A stretch of 64,000 nt of DNA, counting the filler, from Reclinomonas americana ATCC 50394 (taxonomy: Eukaryota), in assembly GCA_048213135.1 (NCBI GenBank). It is 8 parts of 4 records of this genome, joined end to end, with 100 filler letters (N's around TTAATTAATTAA, not from the genome) between each part and the next. Parts side by side here need not be neighbours in the genome. Positions count along the whole stretch, not along the records: positions 25,715 to 47,014 come from PS015040.1; positions 47,115 to 55,458 come from PS015040.1; 6 more parts are not named here. One strand, given 5' to 3'. Shown piece after piece: positions 38,262-51,454 of this stretch (within the stretch, counting starts at the first letter, position 1; every line of letters starts with the position of its first letter). Below the pieces are notes generated by a model. The model was not told where the DNA came from. It ran no database searches and saw only the letters and a program-made list of their open reading frames with translations. A program made the position numbers and the translations under genes.

Positions 38262-38573
38262 CNNNNNNNNNNNNNNNNNNNNNNNNNNNNNNNNNNNNNN
38301 NNNNNNNNNNNNNNNNNNNNNNNNNNNNNNNNNNNNNNNNNNNNNNNNNNNNNNNNNNNNNNNNNNNNNNNNNNNNNNNNNNNNNNNNNNNNNNNNNNNN
38401 NNNNNNNNNNNNNNNNNNNNNNNNNNNNNNNNNNNNNNNNNNNNNNNNNNNNNNNNNNNNNNNNNNNNNNNNNNNNNNNNNNNNNNNNNNNNNNNNNNNN
38501 NNNNNNNNNNNNNNNNNNNNNNNNNNNNNNNNNNNNNNNNNNNNNNNNNNNNNNNNNNNNNNNNNNNNNNNNN

Positions 38574-40252
38574 CAACGACGACACGGCCGACGATGCCGA
38601 CGACGACGATGACGACGACGATGTTGGCGATGACGATGATGATGCCGGCTTGGCCAGCGAGCTGAGCCTGCCACCGGGGGATGCAGCCGTTCCACGTGAG
38701 GGCGAGTCGGCGTGGCCAGCGTCGGGCGAGCAGCGACGACCCTCGGCCGGCAGTGAGTCTCGCGCCGTGGCCGTACCACGTTTGTCGACCAATGCGCACA
38801 GTCCACGGCTGCGAGCGCGCACTGTGGAGCCGCCGCGCGATCTTCTGGCGGAGGCGTCGCGTGTGGCCTCGCGATTGGCGGCCGCTGCTGCCACACCGGA
38901 CCTCGACACGTCGGTCAGTCAGCGGGGCAGCGAACTGATGGAGGCGCTGCGGTTGTACCAGGAGAAGCAGGTGCAACTCGGCCTCATCAACAAGGCCCAC
39001 GCTGCGCACAATTCCCCACGGGTAGGTTGCTGTTGCTTTTTTGTATGTGCATCGGTTCTCCACCCTCCGTGTCCGCCTGACATGCTTGTGCATGCCCGGT
39101 AGCAGGTGAAATCGCCCACCAGTGCCGCGTCCAGTGCCAGTGAGGAGGATCTGTTGCGTGCCGCTCGTGCCGGCAACGAAGCTCGTGTGCGAACACTGGT
39201 GCAGAACGGCGTCAATCCGAATGCACGCGATCCGCGCACCGGGCGCACCGTGCTACACCTGGTGTGTGCATCGTCACGCAGCTCCGTCAGCACCCTCCAA
39301 CTGCTGCTGCGCGCCGGTGCCGATCCGCACGCTGTCGACAATCGCAAGCAAACGGCCATGCACGCCACGGTGGAGAGGTGTGTGCGCGTGTTTATATTCT
39401 CGTGGTGCATCTCGTGGTACTGACAGCGAAACGCAGTGGCAACGCCGTGCTGGCCCGTGAGCTGATTCGAGGCGGTGGTGTGATTGCGGTGGTGGACGAT
39501 CGCCAAGCACAGCCGGTGCACTATGCCGCGCTGCAGGGTCACTTGCCGCTCGTGCGCCTGTTCCTCGAGTTCTGCACCGATTGCACGGTGGTCAGTCGCG
39601 CCACGGACGACATGGGTCGGTCGGCGCTGCACCTGGCCATTTTCGGGGGGCACGTGGACGTCGTGCAGTTGCTGGTGGAGCGTGATCGGTCCATGGTGCA
39701 CGCGGCCGACAGCAAGGGCGATGAAGTGCGTGCCTACGTGTGTGTATGTGCAAGCAAGTGGGGAGAGTGCATTGCTTACTCTCGTGAGGGACACACAGCC
39801 ACTCCATTACGCCTCGTCGGCGGCATCGGAAAAGGCGGCACAGTTGCTGCTGGACCACGGTGCGCAGCCGTCGGCGGTGGACGAAGAGGGCAGTACGCCG
39901 ATGCACCTGGCGGCGGCCGCAGGAGCCACTGGCGTGGTGATGCTTCTGGGAGCGCGTGGCGGCAAGGCTAACGTGAGTCGCGTTGCTTTCATCTCACTTG
40001 AATGCGTTTTGTGCTCACTCTCCGCTATCTCGCATACAGCTCAAGGATGCCGCCGGGCGTCTGCCGTTGCACTACGCGGCCATGGTTGGGGCTCCGATCG
40101 AGTGCGGTCGAGCACTCTTGGCGTTGCATGCCGAGTTGGAAGAAAAGGACGAGAACGGGTGGACGCCGCTCCAGTATGCGTTTGACGAGCGGCGCACCGA
40201 GTTTGCCGAGTGGCTCATCTCGGTCGGCGCCGATCAGTCCGTGCTCAAGTGA
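38574..40252 (+). CDS. Ankyrin-repeat region (C-terminal part)
   Basis: TGRTVLHL, KQTAMHA, QPVHYAA, GRSALHLA, PLHYA, GSTPMHLAA, GRLPLHYAA, NGWTPLQYA; stop at 40252. Confidence 0.9.
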
Positions 40253-40484
40253 GTCTAATAGCGTGGATAGACAGTTCGCCGAAAAACGCAGCCGGAGCGA
40301 GCAAGTTATCGAGCTCTCGGCGGTCGACCTCAGCATGAAAGGAAGGTCGACGGCAGGATTCGTGTAACATCGCGAACATCATGTCAGTGAATAATACGAC
40401 ACAGTGTCTCGTTGCCGTCTGCGTGTAAAGGAGGTCATTGCGTGTCGTTGTATTGTGTTTCTCTCCTCTCTATCTCGGCGTCCA

Positions 40485-41578
40485 TTAGTCGTCCTCGGCG
40501 TCGGAGCCGTGCAGGAAAGCACTGAGGCGCACCGGTCCCTGCATGTGCACACGCGTGCTTCTACTCTTGAGTCAAGGGTCAACACGTGCCACACACAAGA
40601 AGCACGCACCTTCGACTGGCCCTTCTTGTCGTCGCTCTTGCTCTTCTTGTCCTTTTTCGATGATTTCTTCTTCTTGTCTCTCTTCTTCTTGTCCTTTCGG
40701 CTGCTGCTCTTGCTGGTGGACCGCTCGCGCCGTCGTCTCCTCTTGCGCGATGACGACGACTCAGAATCCGTGTCCGCCGACGACGACGACGACGACGCCG
40801 ACGACGACAGAGAGCGCGACGCGGAGCCCGACGACGCGTCAGACAACTCGCCGCTCTCCACGCTCGTCGCATCCACTTTTCGCCGCTTCTTGCTCGGCTC
40901 GCCGCTCTCACCGTCGCCAGCCGCCGCACTCTCCGCTCTCTTCGTCTCGTCGGTCTCCATGGCCGGCGGATACGACGTGTTGACTGCAATCTGCGGCGCA
41001 GGCGATCGCGATCGCTTCTTTCGACTGCGTCGGCGTCGGCGTCGCTGACTGTCACCATCCTCGCCCTCACTAGACGATGACGACGATGACGACGACGATG
41101 ACGACGATGATGACGAGTGTCGCGACTTGCTTCGACTCCTCCTCTTGCTCTTCTTCTTCTCCTTGCGCTGCTTGCGATCGAGCGACGTCGACGACTTGTT
41201 CTTCTTGCCACCACTCAGCAGCTTCTCACGATCACGCTCCAGTTCGCGTCGAAACGCCTGCACGCATGAAGAGACAAGTCATCGTCAGCAATGCACAAAA
41301 TGCGCAATGCACGCGTGTGTGACCTCATTCTGCTCCTCTTCCCACTTGTCCAGCGTGTCGGCCTTCTTCAGTCGCGCAGTTGCCTCCTGTGCACAGCATG
41401 TGTGAGTGTGTGTGAGTGTGGTGACATGAGAGTGTGTGTGTGTGAACCTCCAGCGTCGGCCGCGGTCGCGCCAGATAACTGCACAAGTGAGAGCGAGTGA
41501 GAGAAGGAGAGAGAGTGTGTGTGCAGTGAGAGAGAAGACGCACTCGGCAATCGACGGCTTCTTTGGCTCCTCAGCCAT
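40485..41578 (-). CDS. FAM133: FAM133-like K/S-rich protein
   Basis: Spliced PSIAEYLARPRPTLEE...DKWEEEQNEAFRRELERDREKLLSG resembles the FAM133 N-terminal motif; low-complexity tail ending GPVRLSAFL...DD*. Confidence 0.75.
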
Positions 41579-41635
41579 TGCTGTGTGTTGTTATTGTGGA
41601 CAGTGTGTTGAGTCACACACACTCTGTCACTCATC

Positions 41636-43336
41636 ATGTCGTCTGCAACGAGTGCACTGCTGCTTGCTCTCCTCGTCGCTGTTGCACTGTGCGCCAGTGT
41701 CACTGCCGCCACTGTCTCACTCACCAGCGCACTGCGTCTGCATGAGCAGGAGGAGCGGTATGCACATCGAACACACTGACTCTCACTCTTACTCACTGAC
41801 TCACTCTCTCTCTCTCACACACACACACACACAGTGAGACAGCACCTCCCACCAATGTCAACTTCAACGTGACTCTGGCGCTTCGCTCACTGTACTTTGC
41901 ATATGCGGCGTTTTGCGCGGATGAACCGCTGCAGACGTGGTCGTGTCAGTGGTGTCTGCCTGGACGCGACTATGTCACGCGGGCTATTGTGTTTGATAAC
42001 TCGACGCATGCGCGAGGCTATGTGGCGTACAGTCGCGCAGAGAAAACAGTGTATGTGTCGTTCCGAGGAAGTGTGGTGAGTGAGCGCGCTGGGAAGACGG
42101 ATCTTCTGTGAGAAGGCTTACGTTGTTGCCTCCTGTCTGTCTGTTCGTGAAGGACGTGGAAAACGCCATTGCCGATCTGCGGTTCATTGAGACGTCGGAT
42201 TATCATGACATTCCCGGTGCCAGGGTTCACAGGCATGGATCTGAAGTCTGCTGGTTGGTGTGTGTTCGTTACTGCGCGCTGACTGGTCTCCGCAGCGGCT
42301 TCAACGCCGGATATTCGAATGTGAAGCAGGGTGTGCATGAGGCGGTCACCGATGTCGTGACACACCTGTTGCGTGGACTCGTGCTTCACCTGTCTGTCCG
42401 TGGGCTAACGGAGTGGTGCGCAGGTGCCCCGAGTGCCAGACGATAATTACCACTGGCCACAGTTGCATCGCGCATGCCACGACGATGCGCACGTGTGTGA
42501 TCTAACGGTGGGTGGTGTTGCAGGTCTCGGAGCGGCATTGAGTGGATTTGCCACCGTGGTACGCTGACTGCATTATCTCTGCGGGTACGCTACGCTGCTC
42601 ACCACGTCGTGCAGGATATTATCTTGTTGCTGCGCACGCTGAAGCGCACCGACATTTCTGTCAAGATGCAAAAGTTTCGTCTTTGCTCTGTGTGCGTGCG
42701 TGTCGCCATCGTAGCGAGTTCGCTGATCCGCGCGCGCAGTTTTGGAATGCCTCGCATCGGTAATCGTGCCTTTGCCGACGGCTTCTCGGGACTGCTGACC
42801 GAAGACGGCAGCTGGAGGATGGTGCACCGGTGCGCGCGCGTGTGTGTGTAATCGTGAATCGTCGTCGGTCTTCATGCACTAGTACTCACCGACTGCGGGT
42901 CGACGCAGGCGCGACATTGTACCACATCTCCCTCCGCGTGAGGTCGATTACCATGCGGTGCGTGCGTGCCGCAGATGAAAGCGCAGAGCGAAGGATTTGT
43001 GGCACTGACGCAAGTCGTGTTCGTGCAGGTCCGCAATGAGATCTGGAACCGGGACGATGTGAAGGTCTCCGACTGGCCCGACGATGAGGAGTACGTGGTG
43101 TGCGACAACAGTGGCGAAGACCCTTCCTGCTCTGTTACGTCTGCGTTTACAGCGACGACTGGTCTGCGTGACTCATGTTTTGCGTGCAGGATCAATTGTT
43201 GTATTTCTCGAACCCGGACCACTTGGTGTACATGGCAAGTCGCTGTGCTCTCCACCGCTGTACTACCTCATTCGCCGTAACACTCACTTGCGGCTCGCAA
43301 TCGCAGGGCGTGCACAACAACAACTGCGGCCAATAA
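41636..43336 (+). CDS. Secreted class-3 lipase, 12 exons
   Basis: Signal peptide, VSFRGS, VHSGF, TGHSLG (nucleophile), FGMPRIGN, DIVPHLPP, GEDPSCS, DHLVY. Confidence 0.93.
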
Positions 43337-43411
43337 ACAGATGCACGGCTGCCTTTTTTTCTTCGCTGGCTATACGTTTCTTTACTTTGTTATCTGCGAG
43401 TGCGCGTCCAA

Positions 43412-44796
43412 CTATTCCAATTCTACCACAAACGAGTTACTGTAGGGGTACTCGATCTGCGTGCACTGGCGTCCTGGTTTCAGACGGCCGTGCTGATTAC
43501 TGTGTGCGAGTGAGCGAACAGAAGGGCGAGAGAGAATGCGCGGCTTCTTGCAGACGACGCAACGAAACCACCCTTGTGCCACCGAGAACATTGTCGGCGT
43601 TGTGGTGCGTGTGTCCGTGGACTGCGTGAGGCGAGAGAGAGATGAGTACTCAGTGAAGCAAGGAGAGAGAGATGTTGAACGACTTAAGAGCGACACAAGA
43701 AGTGGTCCCGCATACGCACCCCACACAGCCGGGACACCGAGGCTGCTGTTGGCGGCAAACAGGCGCGACAAATCGGAGCCATACGTGCACTGCTTCTGCA
43801 ATGTCCACTCGTCGTCGTCGTCTGCCGCAGAGAAAGAGGTTGAACACACTGGGAGCGAGAGATGAATACACACAAAAGGAGCACGCACCTGTCATTACTT
43901 GATATGAGGGCAGCGTCGGCGGATGATGCGTGACCACCACCACATCCTTCTCTCCGCGAGCGGCACACTCCTGCAGCTCGTGCTCCAACCACTTGACCGT
44001 TCGCTTGCAGATCTACAGGCCACGAGAGTGAGCGAGAGGCGCCCCTTCACTGCATCCTCTCCGCCAGCAACGACAACGCACTTGGTCAGTGTCAGCCGGA
44101 CGCAGTCTTCGGCGCTCGCCCGTCGTCTCATCGATAACAAACGAGGTGGTATAGTCGCCCTTGGTGACCAGGGCATCCCAGCACTAATGTCGCGGAGAGG
44201 AGACAGCAATGATGAGCGCGCGACAGACTCCGCAGAGGAGCAGGCAGCGCAGAGCAGAGCAGACCGACTCGGGGATCTCGGACCACATGGTGGCGCCCAA
44301 GAAGCGAATGCCATTGACAACAATCGATTCACGCTCCAGCAAATGCAGTGCCGGATGTGAGTCACAGATGGAGCGCGCCGCACAGAGACACTCGTCAAAC
44401 GTCAGCGCGTCGGCGATCTTTGTGTGTGTGAGAGACACCTGCGAGAGAGGCAATCCACACATGTACACACACCTCGACATCTTTCGGGTTCTTGGACTCG
44501 CCATTGCCGAGCACCACAATCACATGCTCAAAGCGTTGCGCCTCACGCAGCAGAATGTCGCTGTACTCTGGACGCGTCACGTGCCCAATGTCACCCGCCA
44601 GCACCTGTGCACCACGCGCAGATGTGAGCGACTGTGTGTCTCTTTCAGTGCTCCTGTGTGTGCACTCAACGAGGATGGGCGCCGAGGGCTTGATCAGCGT
44701 GTCGCGCTCGAGGAACTCGACGGGGTCGACATAGTTGAGGTGCAGGTCGGAGGCCAGTTGGAAGGCTTTGCGTGGAGGGGCCTCGCGCTCACTCAT
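43412..44796 (-). CDS. Calcineurin-like metallophosphoesterase
   Basis: ASDLHL, LAGDIG, VLGNGE, FLGATMWS, VVTHHPP, WVHGHTH, VVSNQHG. Confidence 0.85.
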
Positions 44797-44878
44797 TCCT
44801 CAATCAATCAGTGTGTCTGTCTGTTGGGACTTACGATCGACGCTTGAAAGCGGCGAGCAAAAACAGTGATACTTCTAT

Positions 44879-46565
44879 TCACTGGACGCCAGTCTCGTTG
44901 ACGGTCAGTGTCGTGGACGTCGTGCTCTCCACCGCTTCCGGCACCTCCCGCCACATGAGCAGCGGGTGCGAGGCCGGAACTTCGGCCTGCGGTCCGACCA
45001 AGCCGGTTCTCCGCAGCATCTCACCGTGCATCGTCATGGCGGCACTGCCGCGCAAGATGGCCGACTGGTGGTCCAGGAAAGAGCTGTACAGCTCAGGCGT
45101 GGTTGTGTTGTTGCCGTGTCGCACGTACCAGTACATCAGCGGTGAGTCGACTGTGACCATGCGCTGCGACTGGAACAGCTGGTGCATCGCGACGTCGTCC
45201 TCAGAGCGGTTGAGATTGCCGTAGGGCGGCATCACCGACTTGCGACACATGATGGTGTTGTACGAGTGCCACGAGTTCGAAATGTGCAGCGTTGGCGGCC
45301 ACACATTGGTTTGCAAGAGCGTGAGGCGTGTCAGTGTCGATGCCGCCAAGTTGAAGCGGATGATGGCTTGCATTTGCACCGTCAGACGCTCCGGGTCGTA
45401 AATGTCGTCGTCGTCCCACACTGTCACAAACTCGCCACGCGCCATCCTCACCGAAAAGTTGCGCTGCTCGCCCAGCGTCACCTGCTCACGCTCCTCCTCG
45501 GACGACGCGGGCACAGAGAACACGCGAATCCGCGAATCGCCCAGGCGCCGCGCAAGACGGCCGAGATGCTCCACCGTCGACAAGACCTTGCTCACAATCA
45601 CCAGCTCCCGGTTGACATAGGTCTGCTTCTGGAAGAGATAAATGGAACGCAGTGCATGCCACATACGCCGACCGGTGATCATCAGGCACGACACGAGCGG
45701 CAGCTGGGGCGAGGCAGCGGTCAAGTACGGCGCCGGGAACTTACGCGCGTCGCCGTACATGATGCCGCGCTCGATGACCAGCCAATCCGACGGCCTCGTG
45801 GCGGCCGGGTTCTGGTCGGTGATCATGTACCACAGATCGGTGAATGCTGCGAATGTGAGTTGAGCGTGTGAGTCACTGGTGCAACCAAGGGTCACGTTTC
45901 TCCCAGTGTGTGTCTCACCGCGACCGTCTTCCGCCAGCTGCAGCAATCATCAACGAGGTGAGCGCACACGCGGCGACGAACAGCGGGCAGTGAGTGCAGC
46001 GGTACACACACCCAATCACGCATGTTTTCCGTGAGTGGAGGGTGCTGCAGCTGCGAGGCCGGCGTCTCGGGAATGAGCAGTTCCCAGACTCCTCGCCCAA
46101 AGCCGAAATTGTATTCTCCGTCCCTCCTTGGGTCGGGTGGTGGCACACAAACGTGCACTATGAACGTGTCGGTGCGGGGATTGTAGTTCCACCATTGGAG
46201 GTCGCAGAGGGAACGCATAACGAAGGCTGTACGCCGCGAGCAGAAGCACCCTCGCGTCTGATCTCAGAGAATGTCAGGGACACAGAGAGAGAGAGAGAGA
46301 GGAGGGAGAAGAGAAGAGACAGTGTGTGCGTGTGTGTGGGCATGTGTGCAGCACACGCACCTCTTCGCCGTCGATGGTGACCATGGACGTGACAGCCACT
46401 GTGCATCACACACACACGCACACAAGAATGAGTGAATGTGCATCGCACGCACGTTCACACACACACGCAACGTTGTGCATTGCTTGGTGTCACAGAACAC
46501 AGGGAGACGAGGAAGAGAAGGAGGAGGAGGAGAAGAAGAAGAAGAGGAGCGCGCGCGAACGCCAT
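44879..46565 (-). CDS. Secreted or membrane glycosyltransferase family 2 protein
   Basis: Signal peptide MAFARAPLLLL...; PLVSCLMIT, FQKQTYVNRELVIV, TLGEQRN..VRMARGEFVTVWDDDDIYDPERL, SEDD, YVRHGNNT in a roughly 1 kb terminal exon. Confidence 0.85.
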
Positions 46566-46889
46566 GCAAGAAAATTCCCGCGTTTTTTTAACGGTACAAT
46601 GATTGGTTGATTGCTGCGCCACTGAAGAGACGATCAAGGGACGATGTACCAGCTTGTGGCATGTGCAGCGCAGACAGAGTGCAGCAATCGCCAACTAGAG
46701 TGCAGAGAAACGGATTGTTCGGCGGTGCGATGCATGGGCTGCTGATGCGGTACCGGTATATATATACATGAACACGATACCCACGATGATCAAAAATGAG
46801 TCTCCTTTTCTTCATTGAAAGTCCGCCTCGCTGGCGAGCACCAACGTGGGCATTGGCGAGCTCTGCGCCGACGCCTGTGGCCACATGTG

Positions 46890-47114
46890 CAACAGGTGCG
46901 AGGCCGGAACTTCGGCCTGCGGTCCGACCAAGCCTGTTCTCCGCAGCATCTCGCCGTGCAGCGTCACGGCGGCACCGCCACGCAGGATGGCCGTCTGGAG
47001 CTTGCAGTAGCCTCNNNNNNNNNNNNNNNNNNNNNNNNNNNNNNNNNNNNNNNNNNNNTTAATTAATTAANNNNNNNNNNNNNNNNNNNNNNNNNNNNNN
47101 NNNNNNNNNNNNNN

Positions 47115-47147
<33 letters not shown>

Positions 47148-47463
47148 AGGAAGAGAGAGGAGAGTGGGAGAGTGGGAGAGTGGGAGAGAGAGAAAGAGCA
47201 ACTGAGGTACCTCTTCGCCGGCGATAGTGACCACTGATTCTGCGGCCACTGTACCATCGCACACATGCATGCACACAGACACACGCACGCGCACAAACAC
47301 ACAGACAGAGAGAGAAATCATGCAAATGAGCTGATGAGCAAGCCACGCGCAAGACAACACGAACGCAACGCTGTGCATCGCTCGGTATCGCAGAGCATAA
47401 GGCAGTGAGGAGCAGGACGAGGCAGAAGAGGAGGAGCGGTAACCGAGCACTCGCGATCGCCAT
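46890..47463 (-). pseudogene. Tandem paralogue of the GT2 gene (5' exons and a degenerate 3' end; middle in gap)
   Basis: MAIASARLPLLLF...SDAQ|...VTIAGEE parallels MAFARAPLL...SNAQ|...VTIDGEE; 46897-47010 matches 44967-45095 with small indels. Confidence 0.65.
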
Positions 47464-47852
47464 ACGAGAGACACGATGTAACGGTCGCAATCGCGCGGTA
47501 GACAAATTCCCGCGCGGGCGGTCCACCAACGGCTGATAGCTTGATTGGTCGCTCGCCGCAGCAGACAGGCTGTCGGCAACAGTGACTGTGTAGCACACGG
47601 TGCCCACCAGCTCTTGTTCGGACGAACCGAGCCGGCACATTCATTCATGACGCAAGCAGAGATGCGGTATTTGCAAATCTACAGATATCGCGATCGACCA
47701 CATGTACAGCATTCAATGTCCACTGTCACCGTGTATGCCAGCAAGCTCCCGAGCGAGAGAGTGCATGCACTGCAGTACACATTCGCCACTGCGCTGTGAC
47801 CAGACGTGGTATCGCACCATCAGGTCAGCAAACAAACAATGACAACACTGCA

Positions 47853-47944
47853 GCTGCCTCAAGATCGGTGTAGGTGATGAAGTTGTTGAACTTGGTCATC
47901 AAGACAGCTGTTGCTTGTTTGTTGGTGAATGAATTGTTGTTGTT
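47853..47944 (+). repeat. Dispersed repeat core GTTGAACTTGGTCATCAAGACAGCTGTTGCTTGTTTGTTGGTGAATGAATTGTTGTTG
   Basis: Same core at 51236-51293, 52311-52372 (reverse) and 60725-60845 (reverse, twice). Confidence 0.9.
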
Positions 47945-48029
47945 ATACAGTATACAACTTCTATGGCAGCGGGCAGCCGCACGTATCATCGCTTCATTGA
48001 AAACGAATCGAACAGCTGGGGCCTCCCAG

Positions 48030-50942
48030 TTACCAGACTACCGTACGCGTGGCGTCGACCACAGCGTTTTGAATTTGTTGAGCATGTCGATCTTGTCTCC
48101 GTAGCCACAGGCGTGCACCTACACAGCAGTGTGGGTGGCGGCGAGAGACAGAAAACTCTCGGACTTCTCTCACCATCACCAAGTCCACCATTTCCTCCGG
48201 CTTGTCGCTCCATTGTCTTCGAGCGACCAACATCTCGATGCCGACGGCCGAGTTGACGTGCTGCAGATTGAACCAGTCGATGCGCAACCGACCGAGTCGC
48301 ACATGCACGTCCACTAGTGTGTTTATGAACTGTTGATCCTGCAGCTCCGACCAGCGCTGATTCATCTGTCCCACCGCGGCCGCAAAGAGTCGCATCGCAT
48401 ACACGGTGGGTCGTGCTGTCCATACTCCCACGTTGATGCTAAGCGTGCGTTGGTGAGAGGCACACAGGTGCGCCGGTATACTGTTCTGCAGTCACAAGGA
48501 ATAGCAGCTGTGAGCCAGTGAAGTGCGGAGAGATCTCCTCGCCCATGTACTCACTGGGCCAAAGTCCGACAGGCTGTTGAGAATGGCGTACGACCAAGGG
48601 TCGCGAGTTCGCTCTCTTGGAGCGGCCGCCAGCATCAGTGTCGCATCGTGCTCGTCGCTGTTGAACAGATCGGCCTGGAAAATGATGTCGGGCGGGATGT
48701 CGTACACCTCCGACGGTGACGACACTTGCGGCAGGTCCCACACCGGCCGCACGAACACAGCATCCATGTCGACGTGGAACGGCTGCACGCCACATCGCAG
48801 CAGCAGGTAGCCGTACATGTAGCGCAATTTGACAATAGGAGGGAAGCCGGCAGGGTCATGCGGTCGGTCGACAGCGGACCTGCACTCAAACACACATGGT
48901 GAGTAATATCGCCGGTGAGTCTCTCGCGCTTTTCCTCTCCCTCTCCCCTGCCCTTCTCACCAGTTCGTCTCGTCGAGTATCACCCCAGCATCCCAGCCTG
49001 CTCCCAGCACTGCCTTGACAGCCGTCACCGTCGGCTCGTCGGTGCACACAATGAGTGGAAGCAGGCGGTCGCCGTGCGCAGCAAAGAAGCGTGCCACCCA
49101 CACTCTGATCAGCTCGAGGTACCGCTCCGAGTTCTTCGGTGCTAGTTGTACGGTTGTGAACACCGCCAGTCGATGCGGTGAGTTGCCAGGCTGCACAGTC
49201 GCGCGAGGATGTGCCAATACCGCCGCCAGCTTCTCCAACATCACCCGGCTCTCCTGCATCGGTGGCCCTTCCTGCGGGAATAGCGACAGCGGTGTCGGCG
49301 CACGGAAGTCTCCAACTGCAGCCGTTGCCTCTGCCAGCGCTCGCTTGTCTGCGAGCACGCGCCACATCTCCGTCTCCATCTCGCGACAGATATCGGCCGG
49401 ATAGAACTCGATGCGCGGAAACACAGCCGTCCGCTTGTTGGCGCGCAGCGCCGCCGACAAGGTGTGCACGGGAGGCTCGGAGCGATCAGGCAGCGGCGAC
49501 GGCGCTATGGTGAGGCTGCGTTGAGCAAACTGCGGACCGAGATACTCGCACTCTTGCTCGTCCATCACCAGATCGGCACCTCCTTTTGCATGGAGGCATG
49601 GGACGATCGATCGTGAGTCGTCTCCATTACGATAGCGCACACCGCCTCGCACAGCACAAACCATGCAAAGAGAGGCAGAGAAGATCGGCGCGCATCAACT
49701 CCGGTGCTGCCGAAGAGCTCGACAACTGCAGCAACGGTGTCGCGTGTCTCCACTCGGCGAAAAACTGTCGGTTCCGAGCAGCGGCAAGTTTCTCCGCGGC
49801 AGGTGTCAGCGTGGGCGGCTTTTGCGACTGTGAGTGTCCAGTGGTGAAAATGACAGTAAGCGCAACGAGCTGCTCTTCATGAGGGTCATGTGGTACGCAG
49901 CATTCCAGTCGATCACATCGTCGCAGAATCGCTTGCGATAGTACTCGAACTCATCGTTGTCCTGTTTTTTTGCAACAAGCAACACGGTCAGAGCGCGAGC
50001 GTGAGAAACGGCATGCAAGGAACGAAAGACGACAGGGCGGGAGAAAGATCGCATGCACTAGTCGATGCTCTGCCCGCACCTTCAGCAACATCTCCCAGCT
50101 CAACCGCAACACCTCTTGCGCCAGCTGATTGTCCGCCCCCACCGCAGCCAGCACTGCATCGGTGGCAGTGGCGAGACAACTCGGCGTGAGCGGTCGCGTT
50201 TCTCCATTCTCCTCCCCAACTCACTCACCTGCGCCCCACAGCGTTGGCGCCGAGTCCATGTCCACATGCACGACCTGTGCTCGTGGCACGCCTCTCACCG
50301 ATGCCGACACAGACCATTTACGTGCTGGATACACAACGAAGCGCGGCACATCCATCGAGTACACGCGGTTTGTTTTCCTGTCGTTGGTCGCCGGTGTGAG
50401 AGCACCGCAACCGATGCGTCTGAGCTGGATTGTCTGCGAGGAGAAGCGCAAGCAACGAACGAGATATCAGAGAGAGTGTAAGAGAGTGAGAAGGGTGGAA
50501 TGCGCACACCTGCAACGCCGCAAGCGTCTTGCTGGCGACTTGCTCCACCATGTCTTCAGTTATTGGGAGAGAGAGTGCGTTCCTCGCCAAGGACTCTCTC
50601 ACTGCGAGTGAACGATCAAAGAAAGCGCGCGAAAAAATCTTTGCGAAACCAAACACGCATGCACTCCTCACCAGCGTCACCGATGGTGTTGTGCTCATGA
50701 CTGACAGTCACCACCACCATCTCATCACCAGCGTCGAGGAGGGGCACAGTCACTTGTTGTGTGGGCAATGCAGGATCAAGGACACGCCGTGGGCATGCCA
50801 GTCGTGGATCGTCGCCCACTGGCTCGCCGTGACACACAACGAGGAGAGGGAGAAGAAGTAGAAGAAGAGGGGCGATGAAGAGAGGGAGAGGCGAGGGCCA
50901 TCGACGAGGTGGCCATCGACGAGGTGGCGCTCTTCGGCGCAT
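48030..50942 (-). CDS. Nucleotide-diphospho-sugar transferase (GT77-like) with a long N-terminal extension; the 5' half may be frameshifted
   Basis: FHVDMDAVF (DxD), DIIFQAD, INVGVWTARPT..MRLF, QDQQFIN; signal-anchor at 50942. The upstream exon frames could not be joined cleanly. Confidence 0.6.
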
Positions 50943-51149
50943 AGACCGTGACGGACGAGTGGGACAATCATGGAACGAAACTCACTGATCCATATATGCA
51001 TACACAACAATGAGCATCTACCAGTGATCACCGTTATTACATCGACTTACCACCACCTTGTTGTGCATGCCGATCTTGTCTCCAGCGCCACAGTCGTACA
51101 TTGCTTTGGCGTGGACGGCGGCGCTGGCGTGAAAGACAATACGTGTACA

Positions 51150-51293
51150 TGTTCGGAGCTCCGAGAGCGAACACACACACACAAGGAACCTGCTGCTGCC
51201 TCAAGATTGGTGTCTGTGTTGATGTTTTGGATACGGTTGAACTTGGTCATCAAGACAGCTGTTGCTTGTCTGTTGGTGAATGAATTGTTGTTT
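51150..51293 (+). repeat. Longer copy of the dispersed repeat, with an internal (CA)n
   Basis: Reverse complement of about 60805-60957 (gttcggagctccgagagcgaac(ac)n...gatgttttggatacggttgaacttgg...). Confidence 0.9.
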
Positions 51294-51454
51294 ATTAAAC
51301 TTGAACACGCAAAGATATCGGTGCCGGCGCCCCTCTCGATCTTGCGACGTCGACAGCAATTCAGTTTCCAAGTCCATTGTGTTCGCAAAACGATGCCGCA
51401 GCGCTTTGCCCAGCTGGCACATCGCCCTTCATCATGCACCTCAACAATGGCATT

